From assembly GCA_026025075.1 (NCBI GenBank), contig JAPEUI010000046.1, positions 1 through 64,000 of the forward strand: DNA of 64,000 bases, in the 5' to 3' direction. Made by a program: the position numbers and the translations under genes. The stretch is from Vezdaea acicularis. Its lineage: Eukaryota. Of the stretch, positions 59,701-64,000 are shown one piece after another (position 1 is the stretch's first letter; each line of letters starts with the position of its first letter). The notes beneath the pieces are model-generated. The model was not told the origin of the DNA, did not search any database, and was given only the letters and a program-made list of their open reading frames with translations.

Positions 59701-62700
59701 ACCGGCAATTACCAGGTTCCAGCACACTTTGAACAGAATCAACTTCTTGATATGGCGGAAGACTTCCTTCACTTTATCATCACACTTCTGAGCGACCGAA
59801 TTCCACTTTTGCCGATTGAGGACGAGCCTGATCCATTGAGACAGACCATTCGTCGGGATCTCGTCCATGTCCTTTGCTTTAAGCCGCTCTCATTTTCGGA
59901 CGTGTGCGCCAAAATGTCCGAAAAGGTGCATGATTTGGAAGAGTTTCAGGAGCTTCTTAATGAAATGGCAACATTCCGCGCTCCGGAAGGACTGTCCGAT
60001 ACCGGTACCTTTGAGTTAAAGGAAGAGTATTTGGCGGAAGTGGATCCCTATATTGCGCACTACAACAAAAACCAGAGAGATGAATCGGAACAGGTGTACC
60101 GTAAGTATGTTGCAAAGATAACTGGAAAGCTACAATCGGAGGTTGTCTTCGAGCCTAAGTTACGTCGAATCCCGTCCGGAATGTTTGCAGAGCTGGGCGC
60201 TTTTACGAAGACCAATGTCTTCGTACAAATCGTATTCTATTCACTCCACTTCGTACATCAGTCGGTATTGAGCGACGAAAAGAGTCAGCGGACTGGAAGA
60301 CTAGATACCTTCCTACAGGTCGCGCTACACCTGGTTCTGTTAGCACTGCAAGAGGACGATCTGGATGAAGAAGATATGACGGAGGAGTCATTGCTTTCGT
60401 TCACTCATCTCGCCATCACTAAGACAGCAAGTCGCTGTGTTCCAGAGTCTTCTAACACTGTCGTTTTGGTACTGTACCGCCTTTTGTTGAAACCCGAATA
60501 CAAGGCATCAGTGCCAAAGATTAGACTTATACTTCAAATAATTCAGCGCAAGCGTCCACAAAGTCTGACAAGCTTTATGAAAAGCCGTAAACTGCCCACA
60601 GAGTTCATGGATACCAATGCACCTGAGAATTCTACGGCTGATGAAACGGAGAAAAAGAAGCAGCGAGCTTTAGCAATGAGAGGCAAAGCCTTGGCAGAGA
60701 TGGAGGCTATGAGAGCAACTTTTATGGCTAACCAAACTGGGCTTGAATTTGATGACGAGGAATTGAGCGATGAACCAGAAGAAGCAATAGAACCAACAGA
60801 AGAATCAGAACGGCTCTGGAAGTATCCTTCAGGGGCCTGTATCATATGCCAGTCTCCTGCTAATGACTCAAGCCTTTACGGCACATTTGCGATGTTTATC
60901 AACAGTAAGATATTTCGGCAAACAGACCTTACTTCTCCCGATTTTGTGGACGAAGCTGCTAGTTGCCCACCAAATTTGGATCAATCTGCCGAAAGCATAC
61001 GACCTTTTGGACTTGCAGGCAAAAATTTTGTTTCTGTTCCTCAAATCAATCCGAACGGAGAAACAGTTTCTAGAGAATGTCGAGGCCTTGGCCGAGGTCA
61101 CCCGAGAGAAAAGACTCTGTGCGCACCTATTAGTACAGGCTGCGGTCATATAATGCATTACAAATGTTTCGAGGGATATCTGAGCTCTATAACTCGGCGG
61201 CATAGTCAACAAATTGCACGCTGTCATCCAGAACGTCTCGACCGTAAAGAATTTGTGTGCCCTTTGTGTAAGGCATTGGGGAACTCTTTTCTTCCAATCT
61301 TATGGAAAGGCAAGGAAGAGCAATACCCTGGTGTTTTACAGACGCTCTCTACGTTTGAAGAGTGGATCAGCTCCGCCGTGCCACGCATCACCTCGGAGTT
61401 TGGAAGACTCAATACCAGTGCTGGGTTTGAACAGAATCAATTCTCACGTCACCTTGATGGGCTTTGTAATTATAGCACCAAGACATTTACGGCCCCTCTG
61501 GCGTCAAGAGTCATTTCTGACATGAGAAATCATGAACTAAATCCCGTGATTGACCCACGACTCACTCAGCCGAATGAAAGCGTCGAGAATACCGTCCTTG
61601 CAACAGCCATTGCTCGACTTGACCGAGACGCTTCCTCCGTGCCAGCCACTATAATCGAACCCCTTGAAGTCGACGGGCTGGCTGGTGCACACCGTGCTTA
61701 CATAAGGCTAAGAGACACTCTGAAAGCAAATGCAATACCATCCCTCTATAGCTACCCAGCAGAGCCCTGGGGCAAGGGTGATCTGACCCACACTGATACA
61801 CTCGCTAAGATTCTGGCAATGTCGATATCGTCGATTGAAATTGCCCAACGTGGTAGCATGTCCAAAGTTGGAGCAAACGTCCTGGAGAAGACGCCGCATC
61901 TCTTGCTTACACACCTGCGAGTCTTATCAGAAACGGTCACATCTTATATTGCCGTTGGTGCGCTATGTGGTAATGTAGGCGCCAATAACAACACTTCGGT
62001 GGAAACCCTGAACTGCCAACAACGCCAACTTCTACAGCTGTTTAACAACCAGCGTAGCCCTTGGACAGCGGCTGTCGCTTTACAAGAACGTGAGCCGCTA
62101 CTTCTGAAGGATGCGTTCCTATCCTTGACCGAATACTCTGTTTACATTGTACCGGGCCTCAACCTGGATATTCATCACATAGTGCGGTTGTGCTATGTTG
62201 CTGAGATCGTGAGGGTCGTATTGGCTTTCCTCTTTAACCCTAAACCACTTCTACAGTTACCTGAACACACTAAGACCGCTCTTCGTAGAAGTTCAGAGCC
62301 ACACAGTTCGGGACAGTCGGCGAGCGGATTCCTGGAGCAAATTTTGCACATTCTGCAAAGTACCCCGGCTGGCAAGCAGATTGCGCCCACAGGATCGCCG
62401 GATAAGATAGCTTCAATCGTACCTCTGCTGCACGGAATAGTTTTGAAGTACGCCGTTCCATTCCTTCGGAAGACCATGATCCTTCTTCACGCGCGTTATG
62501 GCGTCGATTTTTCGCAAGCTGTTCTAGATAGTGGTGAGAGGCCAGAGCTTGACAGGCTGACGGAACTCCTTCGCCTTCCTAAACTCGAGGGTGTCTTCTC
62601 TAGTGGAACACAAGGTAACGCTGCAATGCTGAAAATCATGTCTGGTTGGATCAGCCACTGGGCCGCCGTTCGCGCATCGCGGAGAATGACTCTTACAACT

Positions 62701-63326
62701 ATACTATTACCACATCCAACTATTTTTGAACTTGTCGGATTACCAGAAACCTTTGACTTCTTAATAGACGAGTCGATGAAGTGGCAGTGTCCTACAACTG
62801 GCAAGGAAATGACCGATCCAACTGTTTGCCTTTTGTGTGGAGTCGTTGTGTGTAGCCAAGCTCTATGTTGCATGCAAGGCGATCTTGGGGGCGCCAATAT
62901 TCACCTCAAGAAGTAAGTTCCTTAAACCTTCAAAAACGTGGATTAATGATCATTGCAAATGGCTAATACAATCTTCAATGCTACAGGTGTGGAGGTACGA
63001 TAGGTCTTTTTCTCCATATCCGCAAATGCGTCGTTCTCGCCCTTCACGATCAGCATGGCTCATGGCTAGCATCGCCCTACATGGACAAATACGGAGAATC
63101 TGATCCAAGCCTGAGGTGAGGTTCCTCCCTCCACAGGAACAAATTCGGTATATATAACCATTGAACTGACTGACGTGCTTGTTCTAGACGAAATCGCCAG
63201 TTATATCTTAATCAAAAACGCTACGACGCGTTATTGAGGAACATCTGGCTGAACCACATGATCCCTGCAACGATATCACGAAAACTTGAAGCAGATAACA
63301 ACAGTGGGGGCTGGGAGAGTCTTTGA
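56785..63326 (+). CDS. UBR1: N-recognin E3 ubiquitin ligase UBR1 (3 introns)
   Basis: UBR box (CGHIFKAGE..CETCALDETCVLC..GCCDCGD.EAW), ClpS-like ILWNDEKH, DREPDHS, MWVRNG, RING-H2 CGHIMH..EFVCPLCKALGN, PYMDKYGESD. Confidence 0.97.
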
Positions 63327-63700
63327 TGCTGTCACGAACTAGATACTATCTAATGTCTCAACGGAGTTTGAGGGACGGCGGGAGCCTGGTAGCTTGGTTT
63401 TGATGTAGCATTATGATGCGTGGCTGCTATGCATTATGAAAGCGAGTCTAGTACAATAGATAAACCAATCCGAGAAGAACTGAACAATAGCTATGGTACC
63501 AACAATTAACGATGATTGACAAGATTGCTATGCTAAGTGAGCTGGCAACGTTGTATGAAGCTAGATTCGTAGCTCTCATACCTTTTTGTCTACGTTTTGC
63601 TATCTGCTTTGCTATTTGCGCAGCGTACCCCAGAGAGCCTTAGACCAACAAAAAGTCATCATTCCGTCTGAAATGCTCGCTGGCTGTGACTCCAATGAGA

Positions 63701-64000
63701 TTATCTGTGCCCACGATATCCCCTATCATTCCTTGGCCCTTGATAGTACCCATTGTCTCTACCTCCCCCATGCCCGTAACCCTGTCCACCATATCCACCT
63801 CTAGCGCCTCCACCATAGCCTTCAACATATCCCCGTTGAGGTGGTGGAGGCGGGCCACCGTAGCCCTGCCCTGGCGGCGCATACCCAAAGTCCATACCCG
63901 GAGGAGGGCCAGCAATGGTCGGACCTCTAACCCCTGGCGGCGGCCCATAACTTTGTGGTGCGTTCCCAGACCCTGATTGATTTGAGTGAGGCCTCGTCTG
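63701..64000 (-). CDS. 3' end of a gene with a Gly/Tyr/Pro/Arg-rich low-complexity tail (RNA-metabolism-type protein; identity not determinable)
   Basis: Frame open from the window edge: ...GNAPQSYGPPPGVRG..GYGGPPPPPQRGY..GGGARGGYGGQGYG..YRGHR-stop. Confidence 0.6.
   Translation of the reverse strand, partial: QTRPHSNQSGSGNAPQSYGPPPGVRGPTIAGPPPGMDFGYAPPGQGYGGPPPPPQRGYVEGYGGGARGGYGGQGYGHGGGRDNGYYQGPRNDRGYRGHR

Overview
Gene-dense, intron-containing nuclear DNA from a filamentous ascomycete (Pezizomycotina-type GT-AG introns with CTRAY branch points, dispersed 5S gene). It carries about 28 protein genes, mostly housekeeping: DBP9, a RING/ZZ/SH3 E3 ligase, GDH2, ADE2, TBCA, a PLD-family enzyme, THOC7, Elongin A, NEDD8/Rub1, OST1, SYF2, a COQ11-like SDR, YAF9, ECM15, IPK1, a PI-PLC-X protein, MDM34, CCDC47/DUF1682, COX7, a PPR-like protein, a GH20 hexosaminidase, PYM1, QCR9 and UBR1. 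I saw no transposon, CRISPR array or secondary-metabolite cluster. Features the ORF track does not show are: (i) a probable RNase MRP RNA gene between MDM34 and the DUF1682 gene, followed directly by a tRNA-sized relic that keeps a B box; (ii) a variant 5S rRNA in the TBCA promoter; (iii) two GC-AG introns, one with a competing out-of-frame GT donor; (iv) a membrane protein with about 14 YLPP-type repeats; (v) micro-exon genes (NEDD8, COX7, QCR9, Elongin A N-terminus). All assignments come from manual reading and motif recognition; no database search was run.
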